This document shows positions 10,223 through 22,800 of a stretch of 36,970 nt of DNA, one piece after another. Source of the stretch: Chiloscyllium plagiosum. Taxonomy: Eukaryota. Every line of letters starts with the position of its first letter. The stretch's first letter is position 1. The notes below the pieces were generated by a model. It searched no databases and was not told the origin of the DNA. It was given only the letters and a program-made list of their open reading frames with translations. Location: positions 803,608 through 840,577 of the forward strand of contig NC_057718.1 in assembly GCF_004010195.1 (NCBI RefSeq), given 5' to 3'. Made by a program: the position numbers and the translations under genes.

Positions 10223-10869
10223 CTAGCTGAGCAGTTCAGTCCAGAACCAGTTCCACACGAGCTGTGTGGAAACAGGCTCTCTCTCTCTCCCCTTCTGCCC
10301 TTCTAACTTCAACCTGTAAGCATCTGTTCCATTTTTACTGTGTTTTAAGGGGGTTTGCTTATTGGGACTGTTGTGTATATTCAGAACTGTATAATTAAGT
10401 CTAGTTTGGACAGACTGAGTTCTGTAGGGGTTTTTAATTCTGTTCTTGGTGTTTCGTTGTGTAATTTTGTGAATAAATTTTTGTCTGTTTTAAAACCTGG
10501 TAGTCAACCTAGCTAGCTTACTCCGGGTAATTCTCTCTGTACACTGACTGAAACAGATTGCTAAGTTATGGTCTGGGCTGCCTGCTTAAGAATGTTTTAA
10601 GTGGTCTGGCCTAGTCCATAACACACTTTCCAGACTTCGACACATACACACACCAGAAAAGCTCGGTCGAGAGGTAAAGGTAGGTATTTAGCTTATGAGT
10701 AGCAATATGAGTAAATCAAGTAAATGAAATGTTCCGTTAAGTTGCGTATGTTTCAAGCCTGTGTGGGTTCCCTTGTAGTTCTTTAGATCCAATGAAATTG
10801 GAATCTCAGAACTTCTAGAGAAGTTCTACAGCCGAGTTCCTGTAAAGGAAACCTTTGCAGGTGAAAAGA

Positions 10870-11212
10870 ATTAGATTCTCTACAGTGTGGAAACAAGCCC
10901 TTCGGCCCAGCATGTCCACACTGACTGTCTGAAGAGTAACCCATCCAGACCCATTCTCCTACCCTATATTTACCCCTGACCTACACATTCCTGAACACTG
11001 TGGGCAATTTAGCATGGCCACGCTGTAAGTAATCTAATAATAAAAAAAATGGCCAATTCATCTAAACTGCACATCTTTGGACTGGAGCACCCAAAGGAAA
11101 CCCACGCAGACACAGGGAGAATGTGCAAACTCCATGCAGAGAGTCACCCAAGGCTGAAATTGAACCCAGTTCCTTGGCAGTGTGAGGCAGCAGTGGAAAC
11201 CACTGTGTCGCC
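10870..11212 (-). mobile_element. HE1-like tRNA-derived V-SINE
   Basis: Reverse complement of the SINE at 18127-18448 (A/B boxes, central conserved domain, CR1-like tail). Confidence 0.85.
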
Positions 11213-11319
11213 CTATAACTGAGATGCCTTTGCACTGACCGGTTGTTAGACAGGTGTCTGCTCTTCTGATCCTGTCTGCAAACTGACCTGATTCCCCATG
11301 GACTGGTTATAATATTACA

Positions 11320-11585
11320 AAACTGCCTGCCTTCTGAAAAGGCTTCAATGGTTGGAATAATGCTAATTTAAGCCCTTATTCAAAAAGGGAGGGAGAAAGT
11401 AGGAATATATAGGAATCTATAGACTGTTTAGTTTAATATCTGACATTGATAATAGATTCTAATAGTTTCCCAAAGAAATAACAGTATGACATTTGGAAAG
11501 TCAAAACGTAATCCATCAGAATAAGCATGGTTTTATGAAGGGTAAATCAAGTTTGATTAATTTACTTAAAGTTCTTCAAAAATGT
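11320..11585 (+). mobile_element. Degenerate CR1 RT fragment
   Basis: Remnants of PLFKKGGR, YRL.SL and HGFMKGKSSLINLL. Confidence 0.6.
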
Positions 11586-12289
11586 AGATTCTCAAGTTTA
11601 TTATCACGTGTACTCGATCGAGTATAGGAGTACTGGAGTACAGGAGTACAATGAAAGTATCTAATGTTGCCACTTTAAGTCCCAAGGTGTCAAGGTACAA
11701 AGTTGTAAGAGAAACGAGAGTTTAAACGTTAAGCATTACTTCATAGAATAGTAGATAAATAGAGAAATAAGGTAATAGTTACCATTAAAGTCTCTCAATT
11801 TAAACAAGGAAAATAAAAGAATAAGTAAAAAGTCAAACAGGTTTTGATGAAACCTCGGTTTATCAAGCTGCTGCCATCAGAGATACTGTCACTGCTACTG
11901 GAACTGCTGCCTCTTCGATCACCCCCAGTGCCTCAGCAACATACTCAGGTAAGGTCCACTTGTTTGCCAAGCTCAGGTACTGCCATGAGCAGCTGAGAGA
12001 CCAGGCCAGGACCCACTACGAGCAGCTGAGAGACAAGGCAAAAATAAGGTGGAACTGAACATCAGTCCCACTCATAGACACAGTGTCTTTCACTGGTGTC
12101 AAGGTTACGATATCTGCCGTGTCTATCTCAGAGGTTTCTTTTGACACTGGGTGGAGGGGGAAAACCCATGTTTCCGAGGGGCTGGGTATGTTTTGGTCCT
12201 GACCCGTTTGTGAGTTTGCTGCTTTCATGTGGTCCACCGGTTTGTTTAAGACCACCTCACCTTCCCAAACTTTGTGTGTCCTGGGACCT

Positions 12290-15200
12290 CATCCTGCGTT
12301 GACTGTGCCTCTTATGGAGCTCATCTTTTATGCTGAATGCCGTTCGCGTTCAGAAAATACTTGAATAACTTGTGAGTAAGTGATGGCCTGTTGCTTGTGA
12401 CCAACACTTCCGGGAGCCTGTGAATTGTAAAATGGTGCTTGCAACTTTTCAATTATCATCCCAGAGTTTGACGAATGAACTGTATGTGATGCACATTCAA
12501 AGTGATTGGACGTGCAATGACCGAGAACATTAAGCCCATGAAAGGACTGGTATAGATGATGTGTAACAGAGTCCAGGGTTTACCTGGCTGGCACAGTGGG
12601 GGAGCTGCTGCTGTAATGCAGCAATGTCAACATCCAATCCTAACCATCAGACAAGCATTCTTACCAACAGCTCCATTTTGGAAATTCCTGGTGGAGTTCA
12701 GCCAGTATCTGGCAGCGACCTTTGCTCAGGATAATAACTCTTCCTCCTCAAATACAAAATGCCACCTCAACGGTGATCGGGTCTCGCTGTGTCCAGAAAG
12801 CTTTCAATTCTGGTTGTGATTAGCTTTGACTTGTCCCATCACCACCAGCTGTTTTAGTTTTGCCAGGACTGGATCCTTTTGTCCCCACAGTCTGATATGG
12901 TCAGTGCTGAGTGGAAGGGTGTCCAGAAAGTATAAAACCAGATGGTGGTGTATCTGCTAGTAGGAGGCAGCTCAAGGCACCATATTTCCTACTTGGCCTC
13001 CCAGGCAGTGTCCCACCTTATAATTGTACACACTGACATTGAGAGTCCACTGCTGGATTTGACCTGAAGCTATGACCGCCTTATCCTCTTTGATCATCCC
13101 GAGCAGGGGAACGTTACAAATTTACATCCATTAAAAAATGCTATTGATGGAACCTTCTCACATTGAAAATAACGACCAAAGCTGCCTTCTCGAGCTTGAC
13201 GTATTTACCATCTGCATCAGGCAAAGTCTGGGAAGCATTTGCTGTTGGGCCATCTGGGAGGTACACGACCCTGATACCGTATGGAGAGGTATTTCACGTC
13301 AGCTCCAGATCTCACTTGAGTTTAGAATGTGCCAACAACTTAGACAATACCAGCTGCTTTCTCACTTCCCTAAAGGCTAATTCTGGGCTCTGAGACCATT
13401 TCCAAGGCTGCCCCTTTCTCAGATGTAAGGCAACCAGGATGGAGGCCAGACTAGGTATGGACTTTTCATAATAATTCACCAACTCAAGGAAAGACCAAAG
13501 CTTCTGTAGAGATACGGGAGCTGGGGCAACTTTGATTACCCTAATTTTATCTTCCAACAGCTGTTTATCTGGTTTTGAGAACTGTGTAGCCCAGGTAGCC
13601 CATTTCCCCCCTCAGGCAAATGCCTGCCTTGGGGTAGACCATCTAAACTGTTCCCCATCATCCATAGAAAAATAGCACACGCTGATGAAACCCCAAATGG
13701 CAGCCTCGTATATTTGTACAAACCCTTATGGGAATTAACTTTTGCATATTTCTGGGAATCCCCATCTAACTGCAATTGGAGATACGCATGATTTATATCC
13801 AGCTTCCTGAAGGACAGCTCCCACCACCAGCTTTATGTATCAGTTCTCTATGCGAGGGGTTGGGTATTTATCCAGCTGTGAAAAGGTGTTTACTGTTTGT
13901 TTAAAATCCCCACAAAGACGAACCAGCCATCGGGTTGCACTATCAGTACAATCGGTGCTGCCCATTTATAAACTGTACAGTTTGATGATTCCCTCGTTTT
14001 CCAGTCATAGAGTCAGAGCGAGGTACAGCACGGAAACACACTCTTCAGTCCAACTCGACCATGCTGACCAGATATCCCAACCTAATCTAGTCCCATTTTC
14101 CAGCACTTGGCCTGTATCTCTCTAAACCCTTCCTATTCATATACCCATCCATTTAAATGTTGTAATTGTACCAGCCTCCACCATTTCCTCTGGCAGCTCA
14201 TTCCACACACGCACTACCCTCTGAATGAAAAAGTTTCCCCTTAGGTCCCTTTTATATCTCTCCCCTCTCACCTTAAACCTATGCTCTCTAGTTCTGGACT
14301 CCCCCATGCAAAGGAAAATATCTTGTCTATTTATCCTATCCATGCCCCTCATGCTTTTGTAAACCTCTATAAGATCACCCCTCAATCTCCGACGCTCCAG
14401 GGATAACTGCCCCAGCCTGTTCAGACTCTCCATGTGGCTCAGATCCTCCAACCCTGGCAATATGCTTGTTTTTTCTGCACCTTTTCAAGTTTCACAACAT
14501 CCTTCCTGTAGCAGGGAGATCAGAATTGCACATAATATTCCAAAAGTAGTCTAATCAATGTCCTGTACAGCTGCAGCATGACCTCCCAACTCCTGTACTC
14601 AACGCTCTGTCCAATAAAGGAAAGCATACCAAACTGCCACTCCTCAGCCCATTGGCCCATCTGATCAAGATCCCATCGTACTCTGAGGTAACCTTCTTTG
14701 GTGTCCACTACACCTCCAATGTTGGTGTCATCCGCAAACTTACTAACTGTACCTCCTATGTCCATATCCAAATCATTTATATAGATGATGAAAAGCAGTG
14801 GACCCAGCACTGAGCCTTGTGGCATACCATTGGTCACAGGCCTCCAGTCTGAAAAACAACCCTCCACCATCACCCTCTGTCTTCTCCCTTTGAGACAGTT
14901 CTGTATCCAAATGGCTAGTTCTTCCTGTATTCCAAGAGATTTAACCTTGCTAACCAGTCTCCCGTGGGGAACCTTGTTGAATGCCTTACTGAAGTCCATA
15001 TAGATCATGTCCACCGCTATGCCCTCATCAATCCCCTTTGTTACTTCTTCAAAAAATTCAACCAAGCTACTGAGACTTCTGATTTCTGCCTCCATTTTTG
15101 CCAGTAAGGAAAATGGCATAAAGCAGGCCTTGCAGAGTCATGGTCAACAAACAAGGTGGCTTTGGCTCCATTGACAACCCTTAAACCTTCCTGAAAAATA

Positions 15201-15590
15201 TCCAGGTATTGATTAGGACTTCACTGAGGCAGCCATTTTCTATTCAAAAAATGCTGAGCCAATCAAGGTTGAAACTTCCAGCCAATTCCATCTCATCAGG
15301 CTTGTGCCCGAGCCTTTTACTACAGTCAGTGCGAACTGAACCATCTACTTCTCATAAGCGACAGGATCTGAAGTTATACCCTTAATCTGTAAAAAGGTTT
15401 CAAGGTGTAGGTGCTGAGTCTAGCTGCGGTCTTGTGTAAACTTAAGGGTTGGTGGAGTCCAGAGTGAATGTTGGTAAAGACTGCTTCGCAATTGTTGCCA
15501 CAGTGCTACCGATCTCCGTTAGAACCAGGTGACCATTTAACTGGACTTTGATCGGTTCTGATTTAGATGCTGCTGAGCAATTTAACTGTT
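12290..15590 (-). mobile_element. Decayed Gypsy element with canonical PR-RT-RH-IN order, interrupted by a CR1
   Basis: Minus-strand RLCGDFKQTVN, KLDINHAYLQ, GLYKYTRLPFGVSSA, SFLELVNYY; RNase H and integrase remnants lie at lower coordinates. LTRs not identified; ends approximate. Confidence 0.75.
14007..15066 (-). mobile_element. 5'-truncated CR1 LINE (RT and 3' UTR)
   Basis: YMDFSKAFNKVPH, GMPQGSVLGPLLF, KFADD, LERRRLRGDLIEVYK; (ctatga)-type tail. Confidence 0.92.
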
Positions 15591-15995
15591 GCAAGCCAGA
15601 GGTAGGAGGGCTTTCGCCTCGGGACCCTTCAACCCCAGGGCATCAATGTGGACTTCACCAGTTTCCTCATTTCCCCTCCCCCCATCTTACCCCAGTTTCA
15701 ACCTTCCAGCTCAGCACCGTCCCCGTGACCTATCCTACCTGCCTATCTCCCTTCCCACCTGTCCACTCCACCCTCCTCTCCGACCTATCCCCACCTACAT
15801 CCACCTATTGCATTCTTAGCTACCTTTTCCCCAGCTCCCCCACTCCCATTTATCTCTCCACCCTCATTCCTAATGAAGGACTCCTGCCCAAAACGTCGAT
15901 TTTCCTGCTCCTCGGATGCTGCCCGACATGTGCTTTTCCAGCACCACTCTGATCTTGACTCTGACCTCCAGCATCTGGAGGCCTCACTTTCGCTC
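15590..15995 (+). mobile_element. Penelope-like element 3' terminal fragment with a degenerate hammerhead (15867-15900)
   Basis: Homologous to 6322-6616; core mutated to CTAATGA...AAAACGTC. Confidence 0.78.
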
Positions 15996-16014
15996 AATTT
16001 GATTGAGTCCAGCT

Positions 16015-16510
16015 CTCAACCCTACACTTTAGGAAGATTGTGAAGACATCAGAGAGAGTATAGAGAAGATTCATGAGAGTGGATACAGGGATGAGGAACC
16101 TCTGTTATGAAGATAGATTAGAGAAATTGGGGCTATTCTCAGTGTGGAGATGGTAGAGGGGAAATTTGATCATCAAAGTGTTCAAAAGCATGGAGGTGGC
16201 TGGACAGAGCAGACAGAGAGAAACTGTTCCCTATTTGGAAGGACCAAAAACCAAACAATCCTGCAACAAAATGAAACAATGGAAACACTATTTCACATAG
16301 TGAGTGGTGAGAGTCCGGAGCGTGTGTGGAGGAGGCCAGTTCGCCCAAGGCATTCAAATGGGAATTTGATTATGACCTGTAAAAGGAAGAATGTGTAGGA
16401 TTATGGGGAGAAGGTGGGAGAATGGTACTAAGTGAATTGCTCCTTCAAAGATCCAACATGGACACAATGGGCTGACTGGCATCACTCTATGCTCTAACCA
16501 CTCTGTAATT
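16015..16510 (+). mobile_element. Old CR1 3' fragment
   Basis: Degenerate YEDRLEKLGLFS...RG motif and CR1-type 3' UTR. Confidence 0.65.
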
Positions 16511-16669
16511 TCAGAGAGAAATAGACAGGGAATGGTACTGAGTGAATACTAAACCCATCTTTGGACTGTAATCTGTTGCTGGCTCAGAGACACACCAAGT
16601 CACAGGTCAGGACCAGGGGTCAAGTGCCACGTTGAGGTCTGTGAGAGTTATTTGCTGGATGAATTTTAC

Positions 16670-16883
16670 CTTCAACAATTGAGCAGATGGCCAGATCCTT
16701 GGCTGTATAAAATTCTGGGTTTTCCACATTGGTTCCTGGTTTGGGAATCCTTATCTTTGATAAAACTCTTCCTCCTATTCTCCCAGAGTTCCGGATTGGA
16801 GGTTCAAAGATGCTGATCTCATCAGTGGCCACGTGGAAGCTGAGGATAAAACGTCGATTCCAGTCATCAGGATTCCTGGACTC
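16670..16883 (-). CDS. EFHC1: EFHC1-like exon (DM10 domain 3), 214 nt
   Basis: ESRNPDDWNRRFILSFHVATDEISIFEPPIRNSGRIGGRVLSKIRIPKPGTNVENPEFYTAKDLAICSIVE contains the DM10 motif ISIFEPP.RNSG.IGG. Acceptor ctgcAG, donor GAAG|GTaaaa; phase 0/1. Confidence 0.95.
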
Positions 16884-17423
16884 CTGCAGCCAAGACAGAG
16901 AGCAGTGCACTTAATAAGAGGGCTTAATACTTGTTAGCACAGACCCTCAGAATAGACTCACCCCTCTTTCCCTCTTAACCTGGCCTCCACTGCGAGTACA
17001 GCCCACCCAACTGGCAACTTAGTCCTGCCCTGTGCCCACTCCCTGTACTCTTGTCTCTGTGTCTCAACTCTCCCTGTGACACCCCCAACCCCATGTTCCC
17101 TGTCTCCTGCCCTTTCCTCTGTCTTGCCCTGTACTGCCTCCTCTAACGTGCCTCACTGATCCACCTTATTCTTCCCCTCTCTTTCTGTGTACCGTGGTTT
17201 AATGAAATGCAATCCCACCCTTTGTGTACTGGCAGGCTTGCCGTACTCATGTAGCATTTGCTGTAAATGCCTTTATGTGCAGTCAGAGAGAGTCATTAAA
17301 CACATCACTTGAAACATGGTGCAGCTAAAAATGTGTAAATTTTCACAGCAGTAAGGAAGTCAGCTTCTGAAACAAAACAGCAAAGAAGGAGTAGGAAACC
17401 TGGTCAGCATGGACAAAAATAAT

Positions 17424-17836
17424 GAGGTGTACAAAATAATGAGAGGAATAGATAGAGTCAATCGTCAGAGACTTTTCCCCAGGGCAGGAGTGACTGGCAC
17501 AAGAAGTCACAGTTTGAAAGTACCAGGAGGAAGGTATAAAGGAGACATCAGAGGTAGGTTTGTTACACAGACAGTTGTGAATGCATGGAATACATTGCCA
17601 GTGGTGGTGGTGGAAGCAGAGTCATTGGGGACATTTAAGCAACTGCTGGACATGCACATGGATAGCAGTGAGTTGAGGGGTGCGTAGGTTAAGGTACTAT
17701 ATTTTACATTAGGATTAAATCTCAGCACAACATGGTGGGCCGAAGGGCCTGTTCTGTGCTGTACTGTTCTATGTTCTATGGACAGTGTGGGCCAAACGGC
17801 CTGTTTATGTGCTGTACAGTTTTGACTATGACTCTA
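17424..17836 (+). mobile_element. CR1 3' end followed by a second short tail
   Basis: EVYKIMRGIDRV...TRSHSLK...VVNAWNTLP; tail gggccgaagggcctg...(ttctatg)n, then a repeated tail at 17781-17836. Confidence 0.85.
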
Positions 17837-18126
17837 ATGACTGCATTTTCTAATCTGTGCTCCTCTAGAAATCAAAGAGGTTTTCCTATTTTCTCAGGAA
17901 AATAATATGTTTTAGCAACTAGAGCATACATGAGCAGTCCTTGTTACCTGTGTTGGGGAATGAGTGATCTTAGCTGAATTATAGGCCCCGATATACCACT
18001 GAGGGGCAGCAAAGTCAGACAGTAGATATTCTAAAAGTTTTAGAGGCACACTTTGAATATTATATTAAATAGTAATTGTACTTAACATCAGAGCTCAGGG
18101 GAAAAGGGAAACTATTGATCAGGTAA

Positions 18127-18448
18127 CACGGTGGCACAGTGGTTAGCACTGCTACCTCACAGCACCAGGGACCCGGGTTCAATTCCCACCTCGGGCAACT
18201 GTCTGTGTGGAGTTTGCACATTCTCCCCGTGTCTGCGTGGGTTTCCTCTGGATGCTCTGGTTTCCTCCCACAGTCCAAAGATATGCAGGTTAGGTGAATT
18301 GGCCATGCTAAATTGCCCGTAGTGTTAGGTGCATTAGTCAGGGGTAAATGTAGGGGAATGGATCAGGGTGGGTTGCTCTTTGGAGGGTCGGTGTGGACTG
18401 GTTGGGCCGAAGGGCCTGTTTCCACACTGTAGGGAATCTAATCTAATC
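18127..18448 (+). mobile_element. Full-length HE1-like tRNA-derived V-SINE
   Basis: A-box TGGCACAGTGG, B-box GGTTCAATTCC, conserved core tgtgtggagtttgcacattctcccc, CR1-like 3' end with (aatct)n tail. Confidence 0.9.
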
Positions 18449-18479
18449 AGTGTTCTGGCTGAATCTCTGAGTTTGGTGA

Positions 18480-19550
18480 TCTCATCAGAAATAGGTTGTC
18501 TTGTCAAGACAGGATACCCATAGAGAGGAGAAACTTACTCTCAAGAAAGCGGTTGACAAGTGCAGAAACATTGATGTTGTCAATTATAATTCAAAACATT
18601 AATGGGAAAAGAGATGACTTTGATGAGAGATGTTCCAGGTGGAATGGATTTAGCAATTTGGGGAAAAAATATTTATAGAAAAGCCAATGGAACAAGAAAG
18701 GTCAGAGGAGACAATGTCAATCTTGCAGAGGAGATCACACAGGAGAAAAAAGGAGGAATGTCCAGCACATTAAAATCAGTCCTGTACCTTCAAGAAGTGG
18801 AATCACTCTGGATTCAATTGTTTTAGTTCAGAGAATCAGAGAAAGTTGACAAAAAGGTGACTGCTGAAAAGGTATCAGATGATGATTCTGATGAGTCACT
18901 CATCGTCCAGTCGAAAGGTGTGAAATGGATTGTGACAGTTAGATTGATGACTGCAGAAGGAGAGCATGAGGTAAACAGGTGAAGTGGTGTCCTCAGTGCT
19001 TCATGCAGTACCATCAGTCTTGCAGACCTGACAAAAGTGGCTCAAGGTAGTGATCCAGAAATGAAGCCCTCAAAAAACATAAAGTTGATGTTATTTGAGG
19101 GAACACTCAATCCAAGAGGACAAATGAAACTGAGATGCTAACCATAACTCATCTCAGCTGTAGCAAATCGAAAGCTTGGACTAATCACTCTGAACATGCT
19201 GAAAGAGATTTGTAGCATTTCATTGATGACTAAGTCACTGAACCAAAAGGATTACTAAGACTTTTTAAAAAAGAAAAACAGGTCTTGATGTCTTCCTGGT
19301 GAATATCATCTCAAAGGCCAGTTCAGCATCTGAAAGGCCAGCCTGAAAGGCAAGATAAAATAGCTGGACAAGAAAGTGAGGAGAAACGTGACAACTCTGA
19401 GAAACTGGGTTAGTGACATAAACGGAGAAAACCTGGAAAACTGAGAGGATGCATAGATCCAAATAACATAAAGAAATCTTTTAACAGGTATCATTACCCT
19501 CTGCCAACCGTTGAAGAAGGTTTGGAGGCAAGTGAAGCTGACTGAAACCA
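18480..19550 (+). mobile_element. Heavily decayed Gypsy gag-protease-RT fragment
   Basis: Protease-like KWIVTVRL...ASCSTISLADL...KLMLFEGTLNPRGQMKL, then PGEYHL and the RT start CIDPNN..RYHYPLPTVEE; many stops. Confidence 0.65.
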
Positions 19551-19567
19551 GCAGAAGCAGAGAATGC

Positions 19568-19710
19568 CTAGAGTGCAGTAAGAGGCCATTCTGCCCATTG
19601 TGTCTGCAGTGACCTTCTGAAGAACATCCCACCCAGACTCACCCTATCATCATAACTCCCATTTCCCATGGCCAAATCAACCGGAACTGCACATGTTTGA
19701 ACTGTGGGAG
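19568..19710 (-). mobile_element. SINE 3' portion running directly into the minisatellite
   Basis: Colinear with SINE copy 23430-23630 up to cacat.ttt.gactgtgggagg. Confidence 0.65.
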
Positions 19711-21628
19711 GGAGGGACACACACACACACATGTTTGAACTGTGGGAGGGAGGGACACACATGTTTGAACTGTGGGAGGAAGGGACACACACACACACAC
19801 ATGTTTGAACTGTGGGAGGAAGGGACACACACAAACATATTTGAACTCTGGGAGGGAGAGACACACACACATGTTTGTACTGTGGGAGGGAGGGACACAC
19901 ATGTTTGAACGATGGGAGGGAGGGACACACACACATGTTTGAACTGTGAGAGGGAGGGACACACACACACATGGTTGAACTGTGGGAAGGAGGGACACAC
20001 ATGTTTGAACAGTGAGAGGGAGGGACACATGCACTCATGCTTGAACTGTAGGAGGGAGGGACACACATGCTAGAACTGTGGGAGGGAGGGACACACACAT
20101 GTTTGAACTGTGGGAGGAAGGGGCACACACACACACATGTTTGAACTGTGAGCAAGAGGGACACACACATGTTTGAACTGTGGGAGGGAGGGACACACAC
20201 ACACACATGTTTGACCTGTGGGAGGGAGGGACACACACACATGTTTGAACTGTGGGAGGGAGGGACACACACATGTTTGAACTGTGGGGGGGAGGACACA
20301 CACACATGTTTGAACTGTGCGAGGGAGGGACACACACACACATGTTTGAACTGTGGGAGGGAGGGACACACACATGTTTGAACTGTGGGGGGACACACAC
20401 ACACACATGTTTGAACTGTGAGCAGGAGGGACACACACACACATGTTTGACCTGTGGGAGGGAGACACATGTTTGAACTGTGGGAGGGAGGGACACAGAC
20501 ATGTTTGAACTATGGGAGGAAGGGACACACACACACATGTTTGAACAGTGAGAGGGAGGGACACATACACTCATGCTTGAACTGTAGGAGGGAGGGACAC
20601 ACACATGCTTGAACTGTGAGCGGGAGGGACACACACACATGTTTGAACTGTGGGTAGAATGGACACACACATGTTTGAACTGTAGGAGGGAGGGTCACAC
20701 ACACATGTTTGAACTGTGGGAGGGAGGGACACACACATGTTTGAACTGTGGGAGGGAGGGACACACACACACATGTTTGAACTGTGGGAGGGAGGGACAC
20801 ACACACACATGCTTGAACTGTGGGAGGGAGGGACACACACACATGTTTGAACTGTGGGAGGGAGGGACAACATGTTTGAACTGTGGGAGGGAGGGACACA
20901 CACACACATGCTTGAACTGTGGGAGGGAGGGACACACACACATGTTTGAACTGTGGGAGGGAGGGACACACATGCTTGAACTGTGGGAGGGAGGGACACA
21001 CACACACATGCTTGAACTGTGGGAGGGAGGGTCACACACACATGTTTGAACTGTGGGAGGGAGGGACACACACATGCTTGAACTGTGGGAGGGAGGGACA
21101 CACACACACATGTTTGAACTGTGGGAGGGAGGGACACACACACATGTTTGAACTGTGGGAGGGAGGGACACACATGTTTGAACTGTGGGACGGAGGGACA
21201 CACACATGTTTGAACTGTGGGAGGGAGGGACACACACACACATGCTTGAACTGTGGGACGGAGGGACACACACATGTTTGAACTGTGGGAGGGAGTGACA
21301 CACACACGTTTGAACTGTGGGAGGGAGGGACACACATACATGTTTGACCTGTGGGAGGGAGAGACACATACACACACGTTTGAACTGTGGGAGGGAGGGA
21401 CACACATACATGTTTGAACTGTGGGAGGGAGGGACACACACACACACAAGTTTGAACTGTGGGAGGGAGGGACACACACACACACATGTTTGAACTGTGG
21501 GAGGGAGGGACACGCACACACGTTTGAACTGTGGGAGGGAGGGACACACATACATGTTTGACCTGTGGGAGGGAGAGACACATACACACATGTTTTAACT
21601 GTGGGAGGGAGGGACACACACATGTTTG
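19690..21628 (+). repeat. Minisatellite, about 30-40 bp unit atgtttgaactgtgggagggagggac(ac)n
   Basis: Dozens of tandem copies with a variable (CA)n tract. Confidence 0.97.
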
Positions 21629-21732
21629 ATCAGAGTCGAGAGTGTGGTGCTGGAAAAGCACAGCAGGTCAGGCAGCATCCGAGGGGCAGGAGAATCGATG
21701 TTTCGAGCAAAAGTCCTCCATCAGGAATGAGA
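21629..21732 (-). mobile_element. Penelope-derived mini-fragment with a degenerate hammerhead
   Basis: Same family as 10094-10222; core CTGATGG...GAAACATC. Confidence 0.75.
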
Positions 21733-22103
21733 AAAAAGTATTACCAGATTAGAATCTCCTCAATTCAGATGACTGACTCCAAGCTGGTAAACCACAGCCA
21801 GAGTACTGTATGGAAGTAAATGATGATTAGGTGACAGGGTACTGTCCTCTGTAGTTATTTCACACTTTGAATTTCTTAGTCCTTTACAAAGCACTGAATT
21901 CTTCACTTGTACATCTTTGGGAATGGTATAATCAGTACTGTCAGACATTCTACAACCTCTGAAGTCATGGACATCAGCTGGTTAACTCTCAACCTTAACG
22001 AGCTGATGGCCATGACTTTGGAGATTGTAGAACGATCACTGACCATCTTGTGCTGACTGGGTAGATATTCTGTCAGAGCAGTGCGATACTACAATCTATG
22101 TCT

Positions 22104-22800
22104 CGTGTGTGTGTGTCCCTCCCTCCCTCCCACAGTTCAAACACGTGTGTGTCCCTCCCTCCCACAGTTCAAACATGTGTGTGTCCCTCCCTCCCACAGT
22201 TCAAACATGTGTGTGTGTGTGTCCCTCCCTCCCACAGGTCAAACATTAGTGTGTGTCCCTCCCTCCCACAGTTCAAACATGTGTGTGTGTCCCTCCCTCC
22301 CACAGTTCAAACGTATGTGTGTGTGTCCCTCCCTCCCACAGTTCAAACGTGTGTGTGTGTGTGTGTCCCTCCCTCCCACAGTTCAAACATGTGTGTGTCC
22401 CTCCCTCCCACAGTTCAAACATGTGTGTGTCCCTCTGTCCCACAGTTCAAGCATGCGTGTGTCCCTCCCTCCCACAGTTCAAACATGTGTGTGTGTGTCC
22501 CTCCCTCCCACAGTTCAAACGTGTGTATGCGTCCCTCCCGCTCACAGTTCAAACATGTGTGTGTGTGTCCCTCCTGCTCACAGTTCAAACATGTGTGTAT
22601 GTCCCTCCCTCCCACAGTTCTAGCATGTGTGTGTGTGTCCCTCCCTCTCACAGTTCAAACGTGTGTGTGTGTCCCTCCCTCCTACAGTTCAAACGTGTGT
22701 GTGTGTCCCTCCCTCCTACAGTTCAAACATGTGTGTGTGTCCCTTCCTCCCACAGTTCAAACATGTGTGTGTGTCCCTTTCTCCCACAGTTCAAACGTGT
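22104..22800 (-). repeat. Inverted array of the same minisatellite
   Basis: Unit (gt)n-ccctccctcccacagttcaaacat is the reverse complement of the 19690-21628 unit. Confidence 0.97.

Larger units (their letters stand above)
5144..10623 (+). mobile_element. Gmr1-type Gypsy LTR retrotransposon, decayed; 5' LTR truncated
   Basis: 5' LTR start TGTCACAAAA..CCCTTTTTTCTAAAAGCTGT at 5144 matches the 3' LTR start at 9857, which follows the polypurine tract AAGGGGGGAA. 3' LTR ends CATAACA at 10623. Flanks catt/cact suggest a 4-bp TSD with one mismatch. Integrase, RT and RNase H motifs are present. Confidence 0.88.
9857..10623 (+). repeat. 3' LTR of the Gmr1-type element
   Basis: TGT...ACA termini, PPT immediately upstream, internal AATAAA near 10472. 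Confidence 0.8.

Noticed and set aside
18127..18200. tRNA-like sequence with A and B boxes
   Set aside because: It is the head of a SINE, continuing into the SINE core and tail; no complete cloverleaf.
19690..21628. CRISPR-like regular repeats (also 32270-33224 and 1636-1957)
   Set aside because: No unique spacers, no cas genes and a vertebrate context; these are tandem repeats.
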